Shown: positions 18,534 to 27,943, numbered from the stretch's first letter. The stretch: 32,000 nucleotides of DNA from Coprobacillaceae bacterium (GCA_963675515.1 OY776328.1:1920001-1952000); one strand, 5' to 3'. The notes: generated by a model from the letters alone, not told the origin. Numbers and translations are program-made.

Positions 18534-18922
18534 GGTATTCCTCCTTCACACTTTCCATCAATTGCATTTTCACCCTGTGTTTTATCACTCTTACATTTTC
18601 TATACTGACATTAGCAATGTCAGATATTTCTTTATCGGATAACTCATTTTTAAGACTAAGCACCATAATTTCTCGATCACGGGGCTTCAATTCAAAAATT
18701 CTCTTGTATAACCACAACCTCTTCTCATCTTTGATAATATTTTCCAAGATTACATCTTTTTGTTCTAAAAGTTCAATAACAGTGACATCGATGTTAATCT
18801 CATTTTTCTTTTTCTTATACAGATTATAGCATTCATTTCTAATCACTTTATAGAGCCATGCCCTGATGTTTCCTCCATTGAAACTCAGGTATGCTCGTAC
18901 AAACGCGTTTGCTAGAACATCC
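18526..18922 (-). pseudogene. ECF sigma-70 family factor, 3' portion (regions 2.x-4), separated from its 5' end by IS66
   Basis: ...DVLANAFVRAYLSFNGGNIRAWLYKVIRNECYN... and the region 4 HTH LSDKEISDIANVSIENVRVIKHR. The frame continues exactly from 21697-21799 once the IS and one TSD copy are removed. Confidence 0.85.
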
Positions 18923-18999
18923 GTACGCGCCAAATAGAGCGGTGGTAGGATTCCTGTCGTTTTGTTGATACAATGATCACATCAATTTGGAGGTGTGAT

Positions 19000-19332
19000 A
19001 TGAGTCAGTATTCTCAAGAACAGTGGCATCAGTTTTTCGAAGATGCCGCCAATAGTGATTTACCAATCAAGAAATGGTGCTTAGCCAATGACGTTTCTTT
19101 TAATGCCTTTTGCTACCACAAATATTCGAAGCCTTATCGTAAAAAATCCAGGATAAGCGAATGTGCCAGCGAAGTCAACAGCCCGCTGGTGAAGCTCAGC
19201 TTAGTCGATTGCGTTCCAACCATTCGTAATGACGGGTTTGAAATCTCCATTGGTAAAGCCTGCATCAAAGTTGATGATTCAACGGATTTGGTGACTTTGG
19301 CCAAGCTTATCAGGTTGCTCAATGAAGATTAA
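19000..19332 (+). CDS. tnpA: IS66 accessory protein TnpA (orf1)
   Basis: The ATG follows a GGAGGTG RBS. It is small and HTH-like (IKKWCLANDVSFNAFCYHKY), and it is the first gene of the IS66 triplet. Confidence 0.75.
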   Translation: MSQYSQEQWHQFFEDAANSDLPIKKWCLANDVSFNAFCYHKYSKPYRKKSRISECASEVNSPLVKLSLVDCVPTIRNDGFEISIGKACIKVDDSTDLVTLAKLIRLLNED

Positions 19333-19681
19333 ATTTGAGGACTTCGACAATATCTATCTGGTACCCGGAGCAACGGATTTAAGAAAAAGTTATGCGGGAT
19401 TGAGCGCCATGGTGAGCCACAATCTTTACCTGGATCCAACCGCCAATAATCTCTACATATTTTGTAGCCGCAACAAGCGAACTATCAAGATGTTGGAGTT
19501 TGATAAAAACGGTTTTGTCATCCACTCCAAGAAGCTGTTGAACACTGATCGATTCTATTGGCCCAAGGCCCAAGATGATATCAGCTCGATGACCGTTGAC
19601 TTGCGGCAGCTAAACTGGCTACTTGATGGTCTGGAGATTGAACAAAAGCGGGCGTTCAAGGATATTTCAGTAATAATTTAG
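19322..19681 (+). CDS. tnpB: IS66 accessory protein TnpB (orf2)
   Basis: 119 aa with the YLVPGATDLRKSYAGLSAMV and NLYIFCSRNKRTIKML motifs typical of IS66 Orf2. It overlaps tnpA by 11 nt. Confidence 0.85.
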   Translation: MKIKFEDFDNIYLVPGATDLRKSYAGLSAMVSHNLYLDPTANNLYIFCSRNKRTIKMLEFDKNGFVIHSKKLLNTDRFYWPKAQDDISSMTVDLRQLNWLLDGLEIEQKRAFKDISVII

Positions 19682-19826
19682 CGAAAGATATAGGAGTAAT
19701 TCACAATAATTTGTGGGTTTCTTTTATATCTTTTTAAGTTATTCACATCTTTAATAAATTGCCGTAAAATCAAGACTTACAGCCATTTTTATGGTATACT
19801 CTCAAAGAGAAACGAGGTGGATTTCG

Positions 19827-21632
19827 ATGATAAAGCTGATGGAAAATATGTCTAAAGAAGAGCTGATTGCTGCTTTCAAAAATAGAGAAAAAGAGCTTTG
19901 TGAGAAAATCGAATCCGACCGTATTTCAAAAGTTAAACTTATCAAAGAAAATGAGTTGTTGGCTGCCAAAGAAAAGAAATTCACTGCTAAAGAAAAGACT
20001 TTGATCGCCGAAAATAAGAAGCTGATTAGTGAAATCAACGAACGCAAATTGGAACTGCAACAGAAAAACGAATATATCAAGATATTAGAAAACGCCCGAT
20101 ATTCCTCTCAGAGAAATAATATAAAAGAATACAATCAAGGTCCCGACCTTTTCAGTCTGATTGGTATCGATTTTGGTGTGGTAACTGAGACTGAAGAAAT
20201 AGAAGTCAAGGAAATCAAAGGGTACAAAAGAAAAGTAAGAATCCCTAAAGAAAAGCACATTAACTACGATCACCTAAAAACCAATGTCATTGACGAGCCG
20301 ACACCAGAAAATTTCGATGTCTGCGACCTTTGTGGTACAACCATGAAAATAAAAAAGTACGATGAAAGAAAGGAACTCGTCTATACCCCAGCCAAAGTGG
20401 AAATGAATATATACCGTACTCCAGTATACGAATGTGTTGCTTGCCAGGAACATAACCTGGACGGCAAGTCATCTTATAAAAGAGTTCCGGGCAGACAACC
20501 TGTCATCAAGGGGAGCATTGCTTCACCTTCGCTGATTGCGAATATAATGGATATGAAATATTTGAAGGGTTTGCCCCTGGCCGCTCAGGAAAAACGATTC
20601 CTGGAGAATGATGTTGTCATCCCTAGACAAAATATGGCCAATTGGATGATTAAAGCCTCGGTACATCTGGGTTTACTGTTCGAATGCATGCGCAAGGATC
20701 TGTTGGCCATGAATGTGATACACTGCGACGAAACCACGACCCAAATTTTAAATGAAGAGGGCAAGACGGCTCAAAGTAAATCCTACATGTGGGTGGTAAG
20801 AACCTGCCAATATGATGTGCCGATCATCTTATATCGTTATGATCCCACTCGCTCAAAACGTGTTGTCGAAGATTTCATCGGAGATTATTCGAACTACCTG
20901 GTAACCGATGCATATGGGGCCTACGAGGCCCTTGATAATGTCACCAACTGTTTTTGCCACGTCCACGCCTTCCGTTATTTCCGTAAAGCCCTTGAGGTAT
21001 TGCCAAAAGGTAGTGATAAAAGCAAAAGTTACGAATATACGTGCTATCGTTATTACCAGAAAATATTCGAAGCAAAAAACAAGATTGAAACGACCGCTAA
21101 GTCAAAACACTGCAAAAATCCAGTTAAATATTTTGAGTATGTTCATAAGGGCCGAAATGATATCGTAAAGCCTATTTATGACAATTTTTTAGCGTACCTT
21201 AAAGAAATAATCTTGCTACCTGAAGTGAATATGAAACCTACGTTGATCAAGGCAATTAATTACGAATTGAACCATGAGAAGGAATTCCGTGAAGTATTCA
21301 ATAATCCAAAAGTTCCGTTCGACAATTCAAGCGCCGAGAGAGTTATCAGACCATTTGTGGTATCTAGAAATCGCTGCAAGTTCTATACCAGCCCCAAAGG
21401 AGCCCAAGCTGCGGCAATCATCTACTCGTTACTACTAAGTGCTGAAGAGAACGGGTTGTCAGCATACATGTACATGGAGTACGTATTGGAAAGATTACCA
21501 AGCATCGATCCAAGTGATGAGGTCGAAATCAGAAAGCTATTACCATACAACAAGGACCTGCCCAAATATTTGCGCCAACTGACGGCCAAAGAAATCAAAG
21601 AACTCAAATTAGGAATCCAAAGACAGAAATAA
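19827..21632 (+). CDS. tnpC: IS66-family transposase TnpC
   Basis: It has an N-terminal coiled coil, zinc-finger cysteines (CDLCG...CVACQ) and a DDE core (HCDETT, YLVTDAYGAY, NSSAERVIR). The preferred start MIKLMEN follows a GAGGTGG RBS. Confidence 0.9.
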   Translation: MIKLMENMSKEELIAAFKNREKELCEKIESDRISKVKLIKENELLAAKEKKFTAKEKTLIAENKKLISEINERKLELQQKNEYIKILENARYSSQRNNIKEYNQGPDLFSLIGIDFGVVTETEEIEVKEIKGYKRKVRIPKEKHINYDHLKTNVIDEPTPENFDVCDLCGTTMKIKKYDERKELVYTPAKVEMNIYRTPVYECVACQEHNLDGKSSYKRVPGRQPVIKGSIASPSLIANIMDMKYLKGLPLAAQEKRFLENDVVIPRQNMANWMIKASVHLGLLFECMRKDLLAMNVIHCDETTTQILNEEGKTAQSKSYMWVVRTCQYDVPIILYRYDPTRSKRVVEDFIGDYSNYLVTDAYGAYEALDNVTNCFCHVHAFRYFRKALEVLPKGSDKSKSYEYTCYRYYQKIFEAKNKIETTAKSKHCKNPVKYFEYVHKGRNDIVKPIYDNFLAYLKEIILLPEVNMKPTLIKAINYELNHEKEFREVFNNPKVPFDNSSAERVIRPFVVSRNRCKFYTSPKGAQAAAIIYSLLLSAEENGLSAYMYMEYVLERLPSIDPSDEVEIRKLLPYNKDLPKYLRQLTAKEIKELKLGIQRQK

Positions 21633-21696
21633 ATTGTCCGCGGATTCCTTTTTCCTTGCATCAGAATATTCTTCCACCGCTCTATTTGACGCTTAC

Positions 21697-21799
21697 GAAC
21701 ATCCTTCGCATCTTCCTTGTCATTAGTGAGGGACAGTGCGTACAGAAATAACTGCTGATAGTATTTTCTATATACTATTTCGAAATCATCATTTCTCAT
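21697..21799 (-). pseudogene. ECF sigma factor, 5' portion (first 34 codons) cut off by the IS66 insertion
   Basis: MRNDDFEIVYRKYYQQLFLYALSLTNDKEDAKDV follows a GGTGGAGG RBS. The tracked 145-aa ORF continues artefactually into the IS66 right end. Confidence 0.85.
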
Positions 21800-22034
21800 A
21801 CCTCCACCTCTCTCATATATATAACAATTTAAAAGTAAATTAATTACAAAATTCCACATATTTATTACAAAAACATTGACCGATATATTTTTTATTTACA
21901 AATTTTAATTAATTATATCATAATTCACACTAGTATACGTGATTTGCTAAAATATCGGGAATCTTACTAATGAGTTAATCCTCTGCATTTTTTGCAAATT
22001 AATGACAACATAATCTAATATTGCCACTAATTTA

Positions 22035-22520
22035 AAAAAACTGGCTATCGGACGATAGACGAGCTCTCCACTACTTGTTAGAGCAATTGTATCTCAGCTA
22101 ATACGTTGACTTGCCGCGAAAACTCGGTCACCGTTCCGACTCAGTCGCAACGTGTGTATCTTAGAAATTCCAGCCTTACTATCTTACCACGACAGTTTTG
22201 AATGTAAGTTTTATCTCCGTTATTTCAATGTCGAGAACCCTTTTAGCTACTCCAAATGCAATCCTGATAACCTATCCACTTGTCAAAGATTAAGTAGATA
22301 AAAAACACAATTCTCCAACGATAATTGCGTTAATTATCGGTAAAAAAGTTCGAGGCACATATGCTAATGGTGCCATTTGATAAATCATCATCTTGTTAAG
22401 CGGTTTTTTGTGCATTTATACAGGACCCGGCGGTAAATGAGTCGAACTATATTCACTCTAAAAACATTAAATGTCTGAAATGTAATTCATAAACATGTTT
22501 GGAGTTCGAAAATTCAATGT
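22035..22520 (+). repeat. Junction repeat copy A: a non-coding module of about 336 bp, then the core (22371-22385), then the homologous flank
   Basis: It aligns along its length with 24133-24640. It shares the core and flank with the tRNA-Trp copy. Boundaries are approximate. Confidence 0.85.
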
Positions 22521-22568
22521 AAAAGTTTCGCCATCAACAAGCCGTAATTGCAAAACATTGAATCTTAT

Positions 22569-23981
22569 TTATAAGATGGCTGGAATATAAATTACCAAAT
22601 TCCAGCCACTAACATTTGTCTCAAATGCATAGACCGGCTGATAGTACGCTTTACTGTCTACCAAATATTCAAGTGAAACTTCGCCGATGTCGAGACTCAA
22701 TTCATTCGAATTTGAATTGATAGAAAACCTTCCATCCTCAATCATCTCAAATGCTTCTTCTTGAGATATGATGTCGCAGTCCTTATAATATTCACATAGA
22801 ATTATGTCACTGGTGATTGATCCCATTTTACCGTTTTCATAGTATGTGCATGAAATCGTGCCATCACAGATGGTTTCGCCTTTGGAGATGCCATTTGCTG
22901 TTAGGGTATAGTTACCTTCCCCGTTATTGGTGAAATCCATACCAACTGGGAGTTCAATGCCGTATTTTCCAAGTGCCAACACAATATCTTCTTCAGTCGC
23001 ATTCAAGACCGTTTCGCTTGGTGAATCCATAGAATCAGCATTGAAATCTGAAATATGATACGTACCACCAAGATAATCCATCCAATATGAATATCCGTCA
23101 AAACTGTTATAAACCGCAGTCTCATCATATATCTGCGTGCGACTCTCATTTATTGTATCTCCAAGCGATTCAAAGAATTTTTCCGCGTATTGATATGTTT
23201 CTACCTGAGTGAATCTTTTTGTCTTATAGACTTTGCATCTTGCACGCTTGTCGCTATAGTCATACTCAGAACTTACACTCAATATATCAGGATTCACTTT
23301 TGAAATGTACTCAACGGACAGATTACCAAGATCCTGGCGAGAATAAGCAGTAAAGATAGATGTAAAAGTTACAATTAAAATAATAAAAGGAAGTTGCAAT
23401 GCTGCAGTCTTTTTAAAACCATGCTTTTTCCCTTTGAAGCTTGAAATTATCGTAGATAAAAGTGCAAAACACCCATAGCCAATCATCACTCCCATTGTAT
23501 TATCAAAAATATCATCAAATTCAAATAACCCAATTCTTAAAACATACTGTATGATTTCAATTACTAAACTCATTAAGAAACCAACAAGATATGTTATCCA
23601 AAATTTCCTGAACCTTTGAATTCCAACTGGAAGCAAGAATCCAAGAGGCACAAATAAAACAATATTCAGGATAATGTTCCGCCAATCTCTAGGTCTGAAA
23701 TTCACCCAAGCTTCTCTATACGAATAAAAAAGCGAATGTATTTGAGAGTTCTCATAGAATGGCACCCGATTTAACATCGTCGCGCCAAAAATTACAGCTA
23801 AATAACAAACAAATACGATAAACCAGATCATCATCGATTTCGAGACAGTTTTTCTTCCCTTAAAAATCCTTTTGTAAAAGACAAAATACACAAACGAAAC
23901 TAACGTGGTTAAAAATGCTGCCAAAATTATTCCAAATATCAAATAGCGCTCACCTAATGAGATCATGTCAGATATCCTCAT
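22569..23981 (-). CDS. VanZ-family membrane protein with a C-terminal extracytoplasmic extension of about 250 aa
   Basis: VanZ hallmarks are present: NIVLFVPLGFLLP, EIIQ, FDDIFDNTMG. The start MRISDMISLG follows a GGGGGAGG RBS. There are multiple TM helices, then a soluble tail. Confidence 0.8.
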   Translation of the reverse strand: MRISDMISLGERYLIFGIILAAFLTTLVSFVYFVFYKRIFKGRKTVSKSMMIWFIVFVCYLAVIFGATMLNRVPFYENSQIHSLFYSYREAWVNFRPRDWRNIILNIVLFVPLGFLLPVGIQRFRKFWITYLVGFLMSLVIEIIQYVLRIGLFEFDDIFDNTMGVMIGYGCFALLSTIISSFKGKKHGFKKTAALQLPFIILIVTFTSIFTAYSRQDLGNLSVEYISKVNPDILSVSSEYDYSDKRARCKVYKTKRFTQVETYQYAEKFFESLGDTINESRTQIYDETAVYNSFDGYSYWMDYLGGTYHISDFNADSMDSPSETVLNATEEDIVLALGKYGIELPVGMDFTNNGEGNYTLTANGISKGETICDGTISCTYYENGKMGSITSDIILCEYYKDCDIISQEEAFEMIEDGRFSINSNSNELSLDIGEVSLEYLVDSKAYYQPVYAFETNVSGWNLVIYIPAIL

Positions 23982-24132
23982 TAAACCTCCCCCTTTCTGG
24001 TTGAATGATTTTTTTATACACAACAAGCATAACTACTATAACATATGTAACCATCTTCAGGAATACAATCGCAGTCATTTTTATGTTTTTTGTATATGAG
24101 TGACAATACAAATTTACATTTTCATTCATGTA

Positions 24133-24640
24133 CAAAAACTGGTTATTGAACAAGAGAAGCACTCTCTACTACTTTTTTAGCAATTGCATCTTTGCTAATA
24201 AGTTGACTTGCCTGCGACAGTACGATCACTGCTTTGACTCAGTCGCAACGTGTGTATCTTAGAAGTTTCAGCCCTACTATCTTGCCACGATAATTTTAAA
24301 TGTTAGTTTTATCGCCGTTATTTCAATGTTGCAAACCCATTTAGCTACTCCAACTGTTATCCAATAACCTAACCATTTGTCAAAGATCAAGCAAAAAAAC
24401 ACAATCATCCAACAAAAATTGCATTAATTATTGGCAAAAAAGTTCGACGCACATGTGCTAATGGTGCCATTTGATAAATTATCTGCTTAATAAGCTGTTT
24501 CTTTGTGTTTTCAAACAGGGATCCATTGATCACTAGTCGAAGTATACCTATTTTCAAAAACACAAATTAAATTATATGTATTTCAAATTTTCGATACTGC
24601 CTCTAAATTTACAACGTTGCAATTAATCTATTTTCGCAAA
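24133..24640 (+). repeat. Junction repeat copy B: a non-coding module of about 332 bp, then the core (24465-24479), then the flank
   Basis: It is homologous to copy A. From 24431 onward it is near-identical to 31486 onward (offset 7055). Confidence 0.88.
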
Positions 24641-24645
24641 GAAAG

Positions 24646-25203
24646 CTATTTATTCACATTCAGCCATACCTCTTTAGTAAGTTCGTAACCAAGACAGTGG
24701 ACTATGTCCCCATCATTGGAATCAATTTTACGTTTCTCAATTTCATCTTTTACATAGATAAATCCAAGCTTGCCCAGGATATTTGCGGAAGCTATATTCT
24801 CTTTTTCGAAGCAGGCACAAATTTTGTCAATCGAGGTGTAATCAAATAAATAGTTGAATATTGATTTACATGTTTCTTGTATGTAACCTTGATGCTGAAA
24901 ATTTTTTCCTAAAATATATCCAATTGTAGCATTATTATCACATATGACTGCTTTGAAATTACCAATTACATTTTCTGGCTTTTCCTTCTTTGTAATTGCG
25001 ACATTATGTATATTTGGATCACTGATATATGGAATTATTTGAGTTACTAGTTTATTTCTAGTGCATTCCACGTTTGAGTGTGGATACCATGCCATATATG
25101 TTGAAAGTTGCTCATCGCAATAGAAGTTATTATACATACTATAAGCATCATCAATGATATAGTTTCTCAAAATTAATCTATCTGTCATAATATTTATACG
25201 CAT
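24646..25203 (-). CDS. GNAT-family N-acetyltransferase (RimJ/RimL-like), copy 1
   Basis: TDRLILRNY...D start typical of Acetyltransf_3, plus a QHQGYIQE acetyl-CoA loop. The ATG at 25203 lies 9 nt after GGAGG. Confidence 0.82.
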   Translation of the reverse strand: MRINIMTDRLILRNYIIDDAYSMYNNFYCDEQLSTYMAWYPHSNVECTRNKLVTQIIPYISDPNIHNVAITKKEKPENVIGNFKAVICDNNATIGYILGKNFQHQGYIQETCKSIFNYLFDYTSIDKICACFEKENIASANILGKLGFIYVKDEIEKRKIDSNDGDIVHCLGYELTKEVWLNVNK

Positions 25204-25930
25204 AATACTCAACCTCCCTTATTTTGATTTCAAGCACTTACTTCGCTAAAAGTGAGTGCTTTTTCATTTTATTTTTTATAATAAATCGTAACACACATGA
25301 ATATAATAATGAACTTAATTAACCATCAAATACATGTGAGTTCGATATTTGATTATCTTCACTTATGAAAAACTACTAAACATCGGCTTTTTGGCTGAAA
25401 GTAATTCTTCTTCGGTACCAACAATAAACTCCAAGATGTATCTGGTGGCTAATTAAGATAATGAACAACAATTATATAATCTTTAGAATTTTTTAGATTT
25501 TATTCATGAGATTATCAGTTAAAACTTGTGACTTAATATATCCTGCATGATAGGACAGTTGCCCATGAATCACACAAATATTTGTCCGAGCATTCAGATA
25601 TCGCAAAGAAGAAGCTGATAATCACGGATTTCCATCTCATCGCGTAGTTTCAAGGATACGTCTTGAATAAATTCATACTTGCCCTGACCGCTGGTTCCAC
25701 TCGACATTTTTTCCTTAGCTGTTATCTCTCCCGGTCCAATTAATTATGGATCCGATTTCCGACAAGTTGATAATCGAATCGATAGCAGCTACCAAAACAC
25801 TTTTTATAACCGGATCACTCACTCCTGGCGGTGCTACTGGTTGTGATTCAACTGCACTTGGCTCTTGCTCTTGTATTTCGCTATCTTAGGTGGGGAGCAA
25901 CTATTTATATTAAATTGACACTCCCAGGTT

Positions 25931-25990
25931 AAAAAAAAGATTCCGACTAATAGTGGAGAACCATTTAGGTCTCTTCGCTATTGGTCGGAA
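25931..25990 (-). terminator. Rho-independent terminator after the permease gene
   Basis: A long hairpin TTCCGACCAATAGCGAAGAGA...TCTCCACTATTAGTCGGAA (minus strand) is followed by TCTTTTTTTT. Confidence 0.65.
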
Positions 25991-26016
25991 GCAAGTTGTT
26001 GGAATTGAATTGAAAT

Positions 26017-27942
26017 TTATTTTTTGACAATTTGATAATAAGTGCGTGCGGTGAGGAGGTAGACCAGACAGTAGATTGCTGCCAGGAAAGCCACTGTGAT
26101 GATGGTGATTATAAAGTAAGTTTGGACATTGCCAAGCAGGGCCATCCTAAGCACTCTCAAGATCAGCGGAAAGGCAAAAGCCAGGTGGATGATGGCAACT
26201 ATCAATGGCAAAAAGAAGAATACCAGTACCTGGCTTTTGATTGCCTGTTTGACTTCTTTTTGGCTCATTCCGACATTCTGAAGGATCTCGAATTTGTTTT
26301 GGTCCTCGTACCCTTCGGAAAGCTGCTTGTTGTATATGATCATTATTGCCGCCATCAGGAACATCACCGACATGAAAATCCCGATGAAAAGCAGACTACC
26401 AAGCACTTCATAACTATCCTGCAGTTGAGCATCATGATTCAAGAAAGTGACAGAACGAGGACCTTCTTGATTGAAGAATTCATTTTTGATGGTATCGACA
26501 GTAGCTTCCAGCTTGGGATCATCACTGTTTAGTCCGATGGCATAGCCGGGAATCAGCTCAGTTAGAGCCGGAATTGTTGCAATCTGGCCATTTGCGAAGA
26601 TGACCGCCATTCGTCGAGGTGCGTAATAATTGCCAACCATGATCCGCGGATCCACAAAGGTGCCAACCACCTGATAATCAACCCCATCAATCCAGATGTC
26701 GTCCTCTTGATAGTCGAAACTGGTGTAAAGAACAACCTGGTTGGACTGTAATTCGATACTTTGATTGAAACCTTGATTGAAAGTATCCTGGCTTAAAGCG
26801 TTGAGATTGATGGTATCGTTGAAACTGTCACTACTAGTCGCTTCCAAGACTACATGACCATCATGATAGATTCCAATTGTATCAAGCAAATCAAAGGAGA
26901 AGTAATCATAATAGTCAAGATCTTGCAGATGCGCAGTCGCAATTTCCTCAAAGTTGTTTTCGACCTCGCGGGCATAACCCACCATGATCTGGTCAGCCGG
27001 ACATTGGCCGTCAACTGATTCCTGGATGCCAATATACATGCAAAAAGTCGAGGAAAAAGTCACCAGGACACAGGTACAAAGAATACAGATATTGGCCAGA
27101 CCGATGGCGTTTTGTTTCATCCGGTATAAAAGTCCCGAAATTGCTGTAAAATGACGGGTCTGATAATAATACCGTTTGTTTTTGCGCAAGAGTTTGAGCA
27201 AAGTAATGCTCCCAGCGGTGAAAAGACAATAGGTTCCAATCATCACCAGAATCACGGCCACAAGAAACAAAGCGATTGCCAGAACAGGATCAGTGATGGT
27301 CAGGGCGATATAATAACCGGCACCAAGAGCAACCAGTCCGATCATGGTCGTGATCAGTTTGGTCTTGGGCTCTTTTTCCCCAATATTGCCCCCTTTTAAC
27401 AGTTCAATCGGTTTGGTCAACTGGACACTCAGCACATTGACAGCCATCGAAACCAAAAAGATGGTCAGGTATAAAAGGGCTGTTTCAAGAATCCCTTTAA
27501 ACGAGACACTCAAGGCGAACTCGATTGGAGCATGAATCAGATTGGTGATCAAAAGATCCATCAGCTGACCAAGCAAGATCCCCATAATCACGCCAGCGAT
27601 GATTGAAACAGCAGCCACAATCATAGTTTCCAGCAGCATCATCACCATGACATGACGTTTTTCCATACCTAAGATATTGTAGAGGCTGATTTCCTTTTTC
27701 CGGTTTTTGATGACAAAGCTATTGCCATAAAGCAGGAAAACCGTGGCGAAGATCATGATCACATAAGTCCCCATCGACATGAAAGTGCTAAGGGTCGGCC
27801 TATTAGCCAGCGATTCGCTGTAGTAAAGCGATCTGACAATATAGAACAGACAGCTGGTGAAGATGGCCGAAAAGATGTAAGGATAGTAGAACTTGCGGTT
27901 CTGGTTGATATTGGTTCGGGCCAGTTTATGATAGAATCCCAT
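26017..27942 (-). CDS. BceB-type FtsX-domain ABC permease
   Basis: About 641 aa with 10 predicted TM segments and a large extracellular domain between the late helices. The start MGFYHKLARTNI follows a GGAGG RBS, 1 nt after the ATPase stop. Confidence 0.85.
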   Translation of the reverse strand: MGFYHKLARTNINQNRKFYYPYIFSAIFTSCLFYIVRSLYYSESLANRPTLSTFMSMGTYVIMIFATVFLLYGNSFVIKNRKKEISLYNILGMEKRHVMVMMLLETMIVAAVSIIAGVIMGILLGQLMDLLITNLIHAPIEFALSVSFKGILETALLYLTIFLVSMAVNVLSVQLTKPIELLKGGNIGEKEPKTKLITTMIGLVALGAGYYIALTITDPVLAIALFLVAVILVMIGTYCLFTAGSITLLKLLRKNKRYYYQTRHFTAISGLLYRMKQNAIGLANICILCTCVLVTFSSTFCMYIGIQESVDGQCPADQIMVGYAREVENNFEEIATAHLQDLDYYDYFSFDLLDTIGIYHDGHVVLEATSSDSFNDTINLNALSQDTFNQGFNQSIELQSNQVVLYTSFDYQEDDIWIDGVDYQVVGTFVDPRIMVGNYYAPRRMAVIFANGQIATIPALTELIPGYAIGLNSDDPKLEATVDTIKNEFFNQEGPRSVTFLNHDAQLQDSYEVLGSLLFIGIFMSVMFLMAAIMIIYNKQLSEGYEDQNKFEILQNVGMSQKEVKQAIKSQVLVFFFLPLIVAIIHLAFAFPLILRVLRMALLGNVQTYFIITIITVAFLAAIYCLVYLLTARTYYQIVKK

Positions 27943-27943
27943 T

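Larger units (their letters stand above)
18923..21696 (+). mobile_element. Complete IS66-family insertion sequence (2774 bp) with tnpA-tnpB-tnpC
   Basis: The terminal inverted repeats are GTACGCGCCAAATAGAGCGGTGG (left) and GTAAGCGTCAAATAGAGCGGTGG (right, reverse complement). The 8-bp direct repeat GAACATCC flanks the element at 18915-18922 and 21697-21704. Confidence 0.92.

Noticed and set aside
21422-21859. A 145-aa minus-strand ORF spanning the IS66 right end.
   Set aside because: It is a chimera. Only codons for MRNDD...AKDV (21697-21799) belong to the sigma gene. The rest is read-through into the IS66 terminal repeat and antisense to tnpC.
22148-22176. The invariant block in the junction module read as a genuine ECF sigma promoter (GAAAC/GGAAT ... 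CGTT) autoregulating the adjacent sigma gene.
   Set aside because: It is kept only as a hypothesis inside a finding. The spacer is 14 nt rather than 16-17. The -35 element differs between copies. The site lies 270-350 nt from the nearest start codons.
24300-24395. A shared stop-free frame of about 30 codons ending in a double stop on the minus strand of junction modules A and B (…IEITAIKLTFKIIVAR** versus …IEITEIKLTFKTVVVR**). Together with the GGTGCCA end, this prompted a tmRNA-like or small-peptide idea.
   Set aside because: The frame has no start or resume-codon context. The A/B differences are spread over codon positions (about 7 first, 4 second, 5 third), so there is no coding signature. 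There is no tRNA-like acceptor/T-arm pairing and no GGGG...TTCGAC 5' motif, and the tail does not resemble known degradation tags.
24441-24500. GCTAATGGTGCCATTT followed by a hairpin and a T run looked superficially like a T-box antiterminator/terminator, or like a tRNA 3' end.
   Set aside because: There is no Stem I / specifier architecture, no proper T-box consensus, and no plus-strand gene downstream to regulate. No cloverleaf can be drawn upstream of the GCCA.
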